Below are positions 9,648 through 20,937 of a stretch of DNA of 64,000 nucleotides, piece after piece (positions within the stretch are counted from its first letter, which is position 1; each line of letters opens with the position of its first letter). Position numbers and translations under genes: made by a program. Below the pieces are notes generated by a model. The model was not told the origin of the DNA. It worked only from the letters and a program-made list of their open reading frames with translations, and ran no database searches. The stretch is from Dermatophilaceae bacterium (lineage in GTDB: Bacteria; Actinomycetota; Actinomycetes; Actinomycetales; Dermatophilaceae), in NCBI GenBank assembly GCA_046330995.1, contig JAXLRS010000003.1, positions 373,634 through 437,633 on the forward strand. Reading direction: 5' to 3'.

Positions 9648-12174
9648 GATGTCGGTCAGCCCCGACGCCCTGGTCGAGATCGCCGAGGAGGTCGACGCCA
9701 CTGAGCAGGACGGCGGAGCGCGGCCCGAGATCGGCAACCGCCGCCTCCGCAAGGAGGACCAGCGACTCATCACCGGCCGCACGAAGTGGACCGACAACAT
9801 CGTCCTCCCAGGGATGCTCCACCTCGCCATGGTCCGCAGCCCCCACGCCCACGCCAAGGTCGTCTCGATCGACACCGCGGCGGCCAAGGAGGCCCCCAAC
9901 GTCGTCGACGTCGTCACCGCCGCCGACTTCCCTGACGGCATGGGCGTCTGCGCCAACGCCTGGCCGATCACGCCCGATCAGGTCACGCCCGACCACCTGC
10001 CCATGGTCGGCGACCGAGTCGCCTGCGCCGGTGAGATCGTCGCGGCCGTCGTCGCCCGCAGCGCCGCCGAGGCGCGCGATGCCGCCGAACTCGTCGATGT
10101 CGAATACGAGGAACTCCCCGCGGTCTTCGACGCCCAGGAGGCGATGACGGACGAGATCCTCGCCCACCCCGAGAAGGGCACCAACAAGTCCGCCTTCTGG
10201 CGGCTCGACTCCGCCGAGGGCGGCACCGGCGGCGACGTCGAGGAGGCGATCGCCAAGGCCCGCGAGGACGGCATCGTCATCGAGCGTGAGTATCGCCAGC
10301 AGCGGCTCGTCCCCGCGTTCATGGAGCCGCGCTCGACCGTCGTCGATCCGACGGGCGAACAGATCACGATGTGGTCGGCGACGCAGATCCCCCACATCCT
10401 GCGCTTCCTCATCGCCGCGACCACCGGTATCCCCGAGTCCAAGGTCCGCGTCATCGCCCCCGACGTGGGCGGCGGCTTCGGCGGCAAACTCCAGACGACG
10501 CCCGAGGAGTTCATCACCCTCGCCGTCGCCCGCCGTCTCGGCAAGCCGGTGAAATACACCGAGACCCGTTCGGAGTCTCTGGTCTCCGCCCACCACGGTC
10601 GCGACCAGTATCAGAAGCTCACCCTCAGCGCCACCAAAGACGGCACCGTCACCGGCCTCAAGGTCGACCTCCTCGCCAACCTCGGCGCCTATGTCGCCAT
10701 CGTCGGCGGCGGGGTCCCCGTCCTCGGCGCGTGGATGTTCAACGCGATCTACAAGTTCCCCGCCTACCAGTTCAACTGCCAGACCGTCCTGACCAACACG
10801 ACCTGGGTCGACGCCTACCGCGGCGCCGGCCGTCCCGAGGCGACCTTCGGCATCGAGCGGATCATGGACGAACTCGCGGCCGAAGTCGGGGTCGACCCCC
10901 TCGTCATACGGGAGAAGAACTGGATCACGCACGAGGAGTTCCCGTTCACCTCGGTCGCGGGAATGACCTACGACTCCGGCAACTACGAGGCGGCGACCGC
11001 CCGTGCCAAGGAACTCTTCGGTTATGACGACCTGCGCGCCGAGCAGGCCCAGCGGCGCGCCGCGAACGACCCGGTCCAACTCGGCATCGGCGTCTCGACA
11101 TTCACCGAGATGTGCGGGCTCGCCCCGTCCCGGGTCCTCGGCTCGCTCAGCTATGGCGCCGGCGGCTGGGAGAGCGCCTCGATTCGGATGCTGCCGACCG
11201 GCAAGGTCGAGGTCGTCACTGGGACGAGCCCCCACGGCCAGGGCCACGAGACCGCGTGGAGCCAGATCGTCGCCGACCGGCTCGGCGTCCCGTTCGAGGA
11301 CGTCGAGGTGCTCCACGGTGACACCCAGGTCGCCTACAAAGGCCTCGACACCTATGGCTCCCGCTCGCTCGTCGTCGGCGGCGAGGCGGTCGTCCGGGCC
11401 GCGGACAAGGTCATCGAGAAGGCGAAAGGCTTCGCCGCGCACCTGCTCGAGGCCAACCCCGACGACCTCGAGTTCAAGGCCGGACGCTATGGCGTCAAGG
11501 GCACCGACCAGGGCATCGGGATCACCGATGTCGCGCTCGCGACCTTCGCCTCCCACAACTACCCCGAGGGGATCGAGCCGGGCATCGACGCCGACGCGAC
11601 CTTCGACCCCGACAACTTCTCCTTCCCCCACGGCACCCACCTGTGCGCGGTGGAGGTCGACACCGAGACGGGCCAGACCCGCATGCGGACGTACGTCTGC
11701 GTCGACGACATCGGCCACATCATCAACCCGCTCATCGTCGAGGGCCAGATCCACGGCGGCCTCGTTCAAGGCATCGCTCAGGCGCTCTGGGAGGAGGCGG
11801 TCTTCGACGACAACGGCACCCTCGTGACGGGTTCGTTCGTCGACTACACCCTGCCGACGGCGGCCGACACGATCTCCTTCGTCACCGAGAACACCACGTC
11901 GCCGTCGACGACCAACACCCTCGGCACCAAGGGCGTCGGCGAGGCGGGCACCATCGCGTCCACGCCCGCGGTCGTCAACGCGATCGTCGATGCCTTGCGC
12001 CCCTTCGGGATTCATGACATCCGTATGCCGTGCACCCCGGAGCGCGTCTGGCGCGCCATCCAGTCGGCCGGGTCGCACGACGGTGACGTAGCGACGCAGG
12101 CCCAGCCCCACTTCCACACCGATGCCCCGACCAATGCCGATCCCGGCACCACGGGTGAAGGGAGCGCCCAGTGA
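9640..12174 (+). CDS. coxL: molybdopterin-binding large subunit, form II CoxL-like
   Basis: 844-aa aldehyde oxidase/xanthine dehydrogenase-family ORF. Active-site loop AYRGAGR (about 10812-10835) is the form II signature rather than form I AYXCSFR. Alternative ATG at 9649. Confidence 0.9.
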   Translation: MSEMSVSPDALVEIAEEVDATEQDGGARPEIGNRRLRKEDQRLITGRTKWTDNIVLPGMLHLAMVRSPHAHAKVVSIDTAAAKEAPNVVDVVTAADFPDGMGVCANAWPITPDQVTPDHLPMVGDRVACAGEIVAAVVARSAAEARDAAELVDVEYEELPAVFDAQEAMTDEILAHPEKGTNKSAFWRLDSAEGGTGGDVEEAIAKAREDGIVIEREYRQQRLVPAFMEPRSTVVDPTGEQITMWSATQIPHILRFLIAATTGIPESKVRVIAPDVGGGFGGKLQTTPEEFITLAVARRLGKPVKYTETRSESLVSAHHGRDQYQKLTLSATKDGTVTGLKVDLLANLGAYVAIVGGGVPVLGAWMFNAIYKFPAYQFNCQTVLTNTTWVDAYRGAGRPEATFGIERIMDELAAEVGVDPLVIREKNWITHEEFPFTSVAGMTYDSGNYEAATARAKELFGYDDLRAEQAQRRAANDPVQLGIGVSTFTEMCGLAPSRVLGSLSYGAGGWESASIRMLPTGKVEVVTGTSPHGQGHETAWSQIVADRLGVPFEDVEVLHGDTQVAYKGLDTYGSRSLVVGGEAVVRAADKVIEKAKGFAAHLLEANPDDLEFKAGRYGVKGTDQGIGITDVALATFASHNYPEGIEPGIDADATFDPDNFSFPHGTHLCAVEVDTETGQTRMRTYVCVDDIGHIINPLIVEGQIHGGLVQGIAQALWEEAVFDDNGTLVTGSFVDYTLPTAADTISFVTENTTSPSTTNTLGTKGVGEAGTIASTPAVVNAIVDALRPFGIHDIRMPCTPERVWRAIQSAGSHDGDVATQAQPHFHTDAPTNADPGTTGEGSAQ

Positions 12175-13025
12175 TCCCCGCCGCCTTCGACTACGTCGCC
12201 CCGACCACGGTCGCCGATGCGCTCGCCGCCCTCGCCGAAGGCGGTGACGAGGCCAAGGTTCTCGCCGGCGGCCAGTCGCTGCTGCCGATCCTCCGGATGC
12301 GGCTCAACGCACCCGAGTCGGTCGTCGACCTCGGTCGCATCGAGGAACTGCGCGGCATACAGGAGGAGGGGGACAGCCTCGTCATCGGCGCGATGACGAC
12401 GTATGCCGACATCCTCGCCTCCGATCTCGTCCGTGACCACGCGGCGCTCCTGCACGCCGCCATCGCCGAGGTCGCCGACCCGCAGATCCGCCACCGCGGC
12501 ACCATCGGGGGCGCGCTCGTGCACGCGGACCCGGCCGGTGACGTGGGCGCTCCCGTCCTCGCCCTCGACGCCGACCTCGTCATCACCGGACCCGACGGGG
12601 AGCGGACGGTCGCCGCCGCGGACTTCTTCGAGGACCTGTTCACGACGTCCGTCGGCGATGGGGAACTCCTCACGGCGATCCGGATCCCCAAGCACACGGG
12701 GTGGGGCGCGGCATACGAGAAGTTCGTCCGCGTCGCGCACCAGTGGTCGATCGTCGCGGTCGGCGCGACCGTCCGAATGGACGGCGAGGTGATCGCCGAG
12801 GCCAAGATCGGGCTGACCAACATGGGGTCGACTCCATTGCGCGCCAACGCCGTCGAGGCCGCGCTCGCGGGTGCCGAGGCGACCGCGGACGCGGTCGGTG
12901 CCGCAGCCGCGGCGGCCGCTGACGGGACCACGCCGCCGAGTGACCTCAACGGCGACGCGGACTACCGCCGGCATCTCGCGACCGTCCTCACCCGGCGCGC
13001 GGTGCTCGCCGCGGCCGGACGGTGA
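12171..13025 (+). CDS. coxM: FAD-binding medium subunit
   Basis: GTGA overlap with coxL. FAD-binding motifs VLAGGQSLLP and GTIGGAL. Confidence 0.9.
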   Translation: MIPAAFDYVAPTTVADALAALAEGGDEAKVLAGGQSLLPILRMRLNAPESVVDLGRIEELRGIQEEGDSLVIGAMTTYADILASDLVRDHAALLHAAIAEVADPQIRHRGTIGGALVHADPAGDVGAPVLALDADLVITGPDGERTVAAADFFEDLFTTSVGDGELLTAIRIPKHTGWGAAYEKFVRVAHQWSIVAVGATVRMDGEVIAEAKIGLTNMGSTPLRANAVEAALAGAEATADAVGAAAAAAADGTTPPSDLNGDADYRRHLATVLTRRAVLAAAGR

Positions 13026-13029
13026 GCCG

Positions 13030-13755
13030 ATGGAACTGACCCACGACTTCACCGTGCCGGCGTCGATCGACTCGGCGTGGGCGACCTTCATGGACCTCGA
13101 ACGCGTCGGTGGCTGCTTCCCCGGCGCCGTGGTCACCTCGGTGACCGACGACGGCTTCACCGGAACGGTCAAGGTCAAACTCGGCCCGATCGCCCTGGTC
13201 TATGCCGGGGCCGGTCGGTTCCTCGAACGCGACGACACGGCATACCGCGCGGTCATCGAGGCGAAGGGCAAGGACAAGCGGGGCAACGGGACCGCGGGGG
13301 CGACGGTGACCATTCACCTGAGCCCGTCGGGCACCGGGACCCGCGTCGACGTGACGACGGATCTGGCGATCACCGGCAAGCCGGCGCAGTTCGGCCGGGG
13401 CGTGATGCAGGATGTCTCCGACAAGCTGCTCCAGCAGTTCGTCGGGTGCATCGAGGGGCAGTTCGCCGCCTCGGCGCCGGCGGATTCCGCTGGGGGCGAA
13501 GGTGATTCGTCCGGGACGCCGGAGCCCGGCGCCGAGGGGTCGGTCGACCCGTCGGCGTCCGAGCCGGTGGTCACTCCGGTCGCCCGCGCCGCGACGTCCG
13601 CGGCACCGGCACGACCGCCCGCGGACGATGGCGGGGCGATCGACCTCGGCGCGACCGTCCTGCCCGTGGTGCTGCGGGCCTATGCGCCGTATGCCGCGGC
13701 CGCCCTCCTCGGACTCGCCGTCGGCGTGCTCCTCGGTCGCCGTCGGAGCGCATGA
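13030..13755 (+). CDS. coxG: SRPBCC/CoxG-family protein with C-terminal transmembrane anchor
   Basis: MELTHDFTVPASIDSAWATFMDLERV is a typical CoxG start. An Ala/Pro/Ser-rich linker is followed by a hydrophobic helix (AAALLGLAVGVLLG) and RRRSA. Confidence 0.8.
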   Translation: MELTHDFTVPASIDSAWATFMDLERVGGCFPGAVVTSVTDDGFTGTVKVKLGPIALVYAGAGRFLERDDTAYRAVIEAKGKDKRGNGTAGATVTIHLSPSGTGTRVDVTTDLAITGKPAQFGRGVMQDVSDKLLQQFVGCIEGQFAASAPADSAGGEGDSSGTPEPGAEGSVDPSASEPVVTPVARAATSAAPARPPADDGGAIDLGATVLPVVLRAYAPYAAAALLGLAVGVLLGRRRSA

Positions 13756-13868
13756 CGCGCAGGCCCGCAGATCCGGAGCTTGCCACGCCGGTCATCGGAT
13801 AGCTTGTTTCCGGCACGACCGAGGTCAGACGGGCTGCGTCATGCCCTGATGAGTGGACGGAGGCCACG

Positions 13869-15278
13869 GTGGAGGAGATCCCCCTCTATCTGCGCATCGT
13901 CATCATCCTCTTGCTCGTCGCCGGCAACGCCTTCTTCGTGGGCTCGGAGATCGCCATCTCCTCGGCGCGCCGCAGCCGGATCCGGCAGCTGGCCGAGAGT
14001 GGTGACGTCCGCGCCCGGACGGTGGTGCTGCTGCACGACGAGCCCGAGCGGTTCTATTCGGTCACGCAGGTCGGGATCACCCTGGTCTCGCTCGGTCTCG
14101 GTGCGGTGGGGATGGAGACGATCGGGCATGTCGCCGACCCGTGGCTCACCGCCCTCGCCGAGCGCGTCGACCACAACGGCGGGCTCGTCGGGCTGGCCCA
14201 CACGCTCGCCTACGTCCTCGGGTTCGTCATCGTCTCCTTCGTTCACATCGTCGGTGGCGAGTTGGCGCCGAAGGTGCTCGCCTTCAACCGGGCGGAGCCG
14301 ATCAGTCTCAAGGTCGCCCGGCTCATCAATTCGCTCTATCTGATCTTTCGGCCGCTCATCTCGGTCATGAAGTGGGCCTCCGACCTGCTGCTCAAACTGT
14401 CTGGCCGGCGCCTCGACTCCGGGGAGTCGAGCACCTTCACGATGTCGGTCGAGGAGATCCGGATGATCCTCGAGGCGAGCGAGCGAGACGGAATGCTCGC
14501 GCCGGAGGAGACCGACATGATCCGCGGGGTGTTCGCCCTCGATGAGCACGTGGTCCGCGAGGCGATGGTTCCGCGCACGCAGATCCGGGCGCTGCCGCAG
14601 GACACGACCCTCGATGAGGCTCTCGGATTCTTTCGCGACATCCCCCACGCGCGCTTCCCGATCTATGAGGAGAACCTCGACCGGATCACGGGCGTCGTCG
14701 CGATCAAGGAGCTGCTCGCGGCGCTGGCCGGGGCGGGCGCGGAGGAGTATGCCGCGGTCAGTGCCCGGCCGGTCTCCGACCTGGCCAAACCACCCTTCAT
14801 CGTTCCGAGCACCAAGCTCCAGTCCGACCTGCTCAAGGACTTCAAGGCCCGCCGGCAGCAGATGGCGCTCGTCATCGACGAATACGGCGGCACCGCGGGG
14901 ATCATCACCTTGGAGGACATCCTCGAGGAGATCGTCGGTGACTACGAGGACGAATACACCCGTCAGGCGCGGCGGGTGAAGAAGCTCGCGGGCAGTCAGT
15001 ACGACATTGACGCCTCCATGCCGATCACCGATCTCGACGAGGTGCTGAGCTTCCCCTTCCCGCAGGGGACCGACTATGTCACCCTCGCCGGTCTCTTCTA
15101 CAAGCTGTTCGGGTCGGTCCCCGAGGTGGGCGACTCCGTCGAACTCGAGGGCGGGCGGCTGACCGTCCTCGAGATGGACAACCACCGGATCACCCTGTTG
15201 CGTTTCGAGGACACCGCCGTCGACGAGCACGGTCAGGTGGTGCTCCGCGAGGGGACCTCGGCCGCCGACTCCGACTGA
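13869..15278 (+). CDS. CNNM(DUF21)-CBS-CorC/HlyC family membrane protein
   Basis: N-terminal DUF21-type helices (LLVAGNAFFVGSEIA), CBS pair, C-terminal CorC_HlyC-like domain. GTG start preceded by GGACGGAGG. Confidence 0.85.
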   Translation: MEEIPLYLRIVIILLLVAGNAFFVGSEIAISSARRSRIRQLAESGDVRARTVVLLHDEPERFYSVTQVGITLVSLGLGAVGMETIGHVADPWLTALAERVDHNGGLVGLAHTLAYVLGFVIVSFVHIVGGELAPKVLAFNRAEPISLKVARLINSLYLIFRPLISVMKWASDLLLKLSGRRLDSGESSTFTMSVEEIRMILEASERDGMLAPEETDMIRGVFALDEHVVREAMVPRTQIRALPQDTTLDEALGFFRDIPHARFPIYEENLDRITGVVAIKELLAALAGAGAEEYAAVSARPVSDLAKPPFIVPSTKLQSDLLKDFKARRQQMALVIDEYGGTAGIITLEDILEEIVGDYEDEYTRQARRVKKLAGSQYDIDASMPITDLDEVLSFPFPQGTDYVTLAGLFYKLFGSVPEVGDSVELEGGRLTVLEMDNHRITLLRFEDTAVDEHGQVVLREGTSAADSD

Positions 15279-15288
15279 GGCGGCGCGG

Positions 15289-16641
15289 TCAGTGGTGGGC
15301 GAGGAGGGTGCGGGCGACCGCCTCGCCGGAGCGAACGGCGCCCTCCATATAGCCGTTCCACACCGGCGAGCACTCGGCCCCGGCGAAGTGGATCCGTCCG
15401 ATCGGGGTCGCGAGCGCGTGTCCGTATGCCGTCCACCCGCCTGTCGTGAAATGCGCGCCATAGCAGCCGCGACTGAACTCCTCTGCAGCCCAGTCGCGTT
15501 CGGCATACTCGACGGGGTCGAGGGCCTGGGGGCCGAAGTAGCGGGCGAACGACCCGAGGACCGCGTCGCGGCGCTCGTCGAGCGGGCGTCGGCACCAGAT
15601 GCGCGCCTCGTCGCCTTCCAGGAAGCCCATGAGCACGCCCGGAGTCCCGCTCGGCGGGGAGTTGTCGAAGGTGACCTTGACCGGTCCGGTGTCGGATGCG
15701 GCCTGGCCGTTGAGCCCGGAGGCGCGCCAGAACGGACTCGCGTAGGCGGCATACACCTTGACGACGGCCCCCGCCGGGAGCCGTTGGGTCAACTGATCGC
15801 GCCAACTCGGCAGCACCGGATCGTAGTCGAGGCGCCCCGCGAGCGTGGGCGGCAGAGTGACGACGACCTCGTCGCCGGCGAACGTCCGCCCGTCGCGCGC
15901 GGTCACGACGACACCACCCGTCTCCTGCCGTATGCCGCGCACCACCGCCCCGATGACCACCCGCTCCCCGAGGGTGCTCGCCATCGCCTCGGCGATCCGG
16001 ATCGAGCCACCGACGATGCGGTCCTGTTGGGCCCCCGCGTCGGTGGAGAGGAGGGATTCGAGGTCGGTGCCGGAGTGGGCATAGAACAGCGCGTGGAGGA
16101 GCGAGAGGTCCCGTGGCTCGGTGGCGAACACCGCCTCGGTGGCCACCGCGAAATACGCGCGGCCGGCGCGGGTGCGCAGATTGCGCTCGATCCAGGTCGC
16201 GAAAGTCTGGGAGTCGAGGCGCTCGGCGTCCCGGCTTGCCCAGGGCCGGTCGAGGTCGATCCGCTTGGCGAGCCGCCCGAAGCGCAGCAGCCCCTGCCCC
16301 AGATCGGCGAGCGCGAAGGGGCTCAGGGGCGGCACCGCGCCCTTGTGCGCCTTCATCCGGCTCTGCCGGCCGAGGAGATCGACGAGGATCTCGCCCGCGT
16401 CGTTCCACGTCCGGAAGGTCTCGAGGCCGAGTTCGTCGACGAGCTCATACATGCGGGTCTGGGTCGGGCCGATCCACTGCCCGCCGAGTTCGATCGGCGT
16501 CCCGTCGGACAGGTGGCCGCCTTCGGTGCGTCCGCCGACGCGCTCGCGCGCCTCGATGACCCGGACGTCGCGTCCGGCGGCAGCCAGCAGTCGCGCGCAG
16601 GCCAGTCCGGCCAGGCCCGCTCCGACAACGAGTGTCGTCAT
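15289..16641 (-). CDS. flavin-containing amine oxidase (putrescine/monoamine oxidase-like)
   Basis: VVGAGLAGLACA dinucleotide-binding motif followed by VIEARERVGGR, typical of the amine oxidase family. 450 aa. Confidence 0.85.
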   Translation of the reverse strand: MTTLVVGAGLAGLACARLLAAAGRDVRVIEARERVGGRTEGGHLSDGTPIELGGQWIGPTQTRMYELVDELGLETFRTWNDAGEILVDLLGRQSRMKAHKGAVPPLSPFALADLGQGLLRFGRLAKRIDLDRPWASRDAERLDSQTFATWIERNLRTRAGRAYFAVATEAVFATEPRDLSLLHALFYAHSGTDLESLLSTDAGAQQDRIVGGSIRIAEAMASTLGERVVIGAVVRGIRQETGGVVVTARDGRTFAGDEVVVTLPPTLAGRLDYDPVLPSWRDQLTQRLPAGAVVKVYAAYASPFWRASGLNGQAASDTGPVKVTFDNSPPSGTPGVLMGFLEGDEARIWCRRPLDERRDAVLGSFARYFGPQALDPVEYAERDWAAEEFSRGCYGAHFTTGGWTAYGHALATPIGRIHFAGAECSPVWNGYMEGAVRSGEAVARTLLAHH

Positions 16642-16711
16642 GCGTCAGTCCTCCCGCGGCCGCCCGCCACAACCGTGGTCCCACACCCGGCGAGCGTGCC
16701 GATGGAGGACA

Positions 16712-17896
16712 TCATGGCCCACGCGACGGCTCTCCGGAACGCTCCGAAGTGCGGGACCTTCGCGCGCGGCCGGTGTGGTCTGGCGGATGGCAGTGGGCCC
16801 TTGCGGGGGAGGTGGTCTCCGGCGGGGCGGGTGCCCGGACGGGCTCACCCGAGTCGGGGGGGAGAGAGACGCCGTATGCCGCGCGCCATACGCGACGAAG
16901 GGCTGTGTCGGAGTAGGCGTTGGCCAGCGACTCGTCGCCGCGCTTCCAGGCACCGAGCGCACGAGCGAGCAGGGTGACGTCGGCGATCGCGAGGTTGAGG
17001 CCCTTGGCGCCCGTCGGTGGGACGACGTGGGCGGCATCCCCGGCGAGGAAGAGCCGGGCGTGCCGCATCGGGGTGGTCACCCGGCAGCGCAGGGGGAGGA
17101 TCGACTTCTCGGTGATCGGCCCCGTCTGGAGGGTCCAGTCGTTCTCGCCCGACCCGAGCCGGCGCGCCGTCGTCTCCCAGATCCGCTCGTCCGACCAGTT
17201 GGTGATGTGGTCCTCGGGCGCGACCTGGAGGTGGAAGCGGCTCACCGTCGCCGACCGCATCGTGTGCATGGCGAAGCCGTCGGGATGCCAGGCGAAGATG
17301 ATCTGGTCGGTGGATGGGGCCACCTCGGCGAAGAACCCGAGCCAGCTGTGGGGGTAGCGCCGGTCGAAGCTGCGTTGGACGGACTCGGGGATCGACCCCC
17401 GGCTCACTCCGGCGAACCCGTCGCACCCGACGATGACGTCCGCGTCGATCCGGATCGACCGGCCGGTCGCATCGACCCCCGTGACATAGGGGGCGCTCGT
17501 CTCGACATCATGGAGTGCGACCTCCTCGACGTTGTAGTACATCTGCTGGCCGGCGGCGAAGCGCGCGTCGGAGAGGTCCCGGGTCAGCTCGGTCTGGCCA
17601 TAGACCCAGACGGGCCGGCCGCCGAGTCCGACGAAGTCGACCGTCCGCTTCTCACCCGGCCACTGGACATAGACGCCGCGGTGTTCGAGCCCGTCGCGGT
17701 GGAGCCGCTCGCTCAACCCCGCCTCATCGAGGACATCGACCGACGCCGCCTCGAGGAGCCCCGCGCGGAAGCGTCCGAGCACGAAGTCGGACGACTTCGC
17801 CTCCACGATGATCGACTCGATTCCCTCCCGCTCGAGCAGATGCGAGAGCAACAGTCCGGCAGGTCCGGCTCCGATGATCGCCACGCGCGTCTTCAT
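16712..17896 (-). CDS. pobA: 4-hydroxybenzoate 3-monooxygenase-like flavoprotein with non-homologous C-terminal tail
   Basis: Collinear with PobA as I remember it (IIGAGPAGL, GCDGF, FLAGDAAHVVPPTGAKGLN, RRVWRA). The last approx 55 aa are Pro/Arg/Ser-rich and do not resemble the conserved PobA end. Confidence 0.75.
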   Translation of the reverse strand: MKTRVAIIGAGPAGLLLSHLLEREGIESIIVEAKSSDFVLGRFRAGLLEAASVDVLDEAGLSERLHRDGLEHRGVYVQWPGEKRTVDFVGLGGRPVWVYGQTELTRDLSDARFAAGQQMYYNVEEVALHDVETSAPYVTGVDATGRSIRIDADVIVGCDGFAGVSRGSIPESVQRSFDRRYPHSWLGFFAEVAPSTDQIIFAWHPDGFAMHTMRSATVSRFHLQVAPEDHITNWSDERIWETTARRLGSGENDWTLQTGPITEKSILPLRCRVTTPMRHARLFLAGDAAHVVPPTGAKGLNLAIADVTLLARALGAWKRGDESLANAYSDTALRRVWRAAYGVSLPPDSGEPVRAPAPPETTSPARAHCHPPDHTGRARRSRTSERSGEPSRGP

Positions 17897-17966
17897 GGCG
17901 TCAGGCTATCCAGTCGGCGGTTGTGGCGATACCCGAGCCGCGGGGTCCGGGTGTCCCGCCAGCGCG

Positions 17967-19648
<1,682 letters not shown>

Positions 19649-19749
19649 GAGGGGGCAGCGTATGCCGTGCTCCCCACTCCCCACGATGCGCGTCTCGGGA
19701 CGTGGGCGCCGCCGAACCCGATCCCTGGCCGGGTCATGACAGGCCGCGC

Positions 19750-20901
19750 TCACCCCGTCCCGGCCGCGCGGACGGCGGCGACGGCGTCGGCATACGCATC
19801 CCCGAGCGCCATCAGCAGGTCGACCAGGAGCGAACGGACCTGGGCGCGCACGACTTCCGCCGACAGGCTCGCGTCTGGGGCCGCGTCGGCCGTCTCCCGC
19901 GCGATCGCCATGAGCCCCGCCCGCAACTCGGGCGGCTCGGCCCCGGTCTCGATCCAGCCCGCCATCGACTCGGTCGCCTCGGCGAGATGCTGCACCGCGT
20001 CGGCGTATGCCGTGGGCACGTCGTCGCGCACCGACAGCGACACGCTCGCCCGCCGGATCAGGACGCGAGCGTTGCGCACGGCTCGGTCCACGGGTTCGAT
20101 GAGCCCGGCCACCTCCCGGACCTCGCCGATTCGCGCCCGCTGGAAGGGGGAGACCCGCAGGACGTCGAGCGCGTCGGTGGTGACCCCCCGCAACGCGACC
20201 ATGTCGGACTCGGTGGCGCGCGCGTCGGCCAGGGTCCGGTCGATCGCCGCGACGTCGCGCTCGTCCAGGGCGACCGCGGTGCGGGACAACAGGTCCGACA
20301 GGGTGTGCAGGATCGCGGTCGCCTTCTCCCGCGGCCGGAACACCAGGGACGTCGGCACGATCGCCGCGAACAGCATCGCCACCGTGCTCCCGATCAACGC
20401 CTCGAACCACCGTCCGAAGGCGTGCGTCGGATCCGCGGACAACAGCGCGACGATCAGCCCCTGAACCCCCGCCTGCGTCACCATCAACGCGCCAGCCCCG
20501 ACGAGCGACGCGGCGCTCATCGCCAGCGCGACGATCGCCGCGACCTGCCAGACGCCGAGCCCGAACGCGTGGACGAACGACTCCCCGATCGCCACGCCGA
20601 CAGCGACGCCGACGGTGATCTCGACGGCCCGCTTGAGGCGCTGCCCGTGCGTCATCCCGAGCGCGATCATCGCCGCCACCGGGGCGAACAGCGGGACGGC
20701 GACGTCGAAGACGTAACGAGCCACGGCATACGCCACGGCCGCCGCGGCGGAGCACTGGAGGATGAAGGTCGCCTTCTGCCGGAACATGGCTGCCCGCCGC
20801 CGCGCCTCCTTGCGCGACAGCTCCGCGGACAGGTCGATGGCGCGGCTGCCGAAGCGCGCTCCGCGACGGAAGGCATCCACCGGGCGCGTGTTGGATGTCA
20901 T
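19750..20901 (-). CDS. FUSC/aromatic-acid-exporter family membrane protein
   Basis: N-terminal hydrophobic half plus a long helical cytoplasmic C-terminal half, as in FUSC-family proteins. Confidence 0.7.
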   Translation of the reverse strand: MTSNTRPVDAFRRGARFGSRAIDLSAELSRKEARRRAAMFRQKATFILQCSAAAAVAYAVARYVFDVAVPLFAPVAAMIALGMTHGQRLKRAVEITVGVAVGVAIGESFVHAFGLGVWQVAAIVALAMSAASLVGAGALMVTQAGVQGLIVALLSADPTHAFGRWFEALIGSTVAMLFAAIVPTSLVFRPREKATAILHTLSDLLSRTAVALDERDVAAIDRTLADARATESDMVALRGVTTDALDVLRVSPFQRARIGEVREVAGLIEPVDRAVRNARVLIRRASVSLSVRDDVPTAYADAVQHLAEATESMAGWIETGAEPPELRAGLMAIARETADAAPDASLSAEVVRAQVRSLLVDLLMALGDAYADAVAAVRAAGTG

Positions 20902-20937
20902 GGTCCCATTGTCCCCTCGCCCGCTAAGTTGACCTTC

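Noticed and set aside
9610-12117. 835-aa minus-strand ORF opposite coxL.
   Set aside because: Shadow of a well-supported gene, with an Asp/Gly/Arg/Val-rich composition. The same reasoning applies to 13839..15752 (-), 15292..16977 (+), 16121..18073 (+), 18320..20464 (+), 20980..22626 (-), 23980..25545 (+), 29985..32282 (+), 39387..40946 (+), 47938..49407 (+), 54780..56040 (+) and 58639..61203 (+).
19649-19749. GlnR-type operator upstream of amtB.
   Set aside because: Only weak partial matches (GAGAC-like b-site). I cannot support a call by eye.
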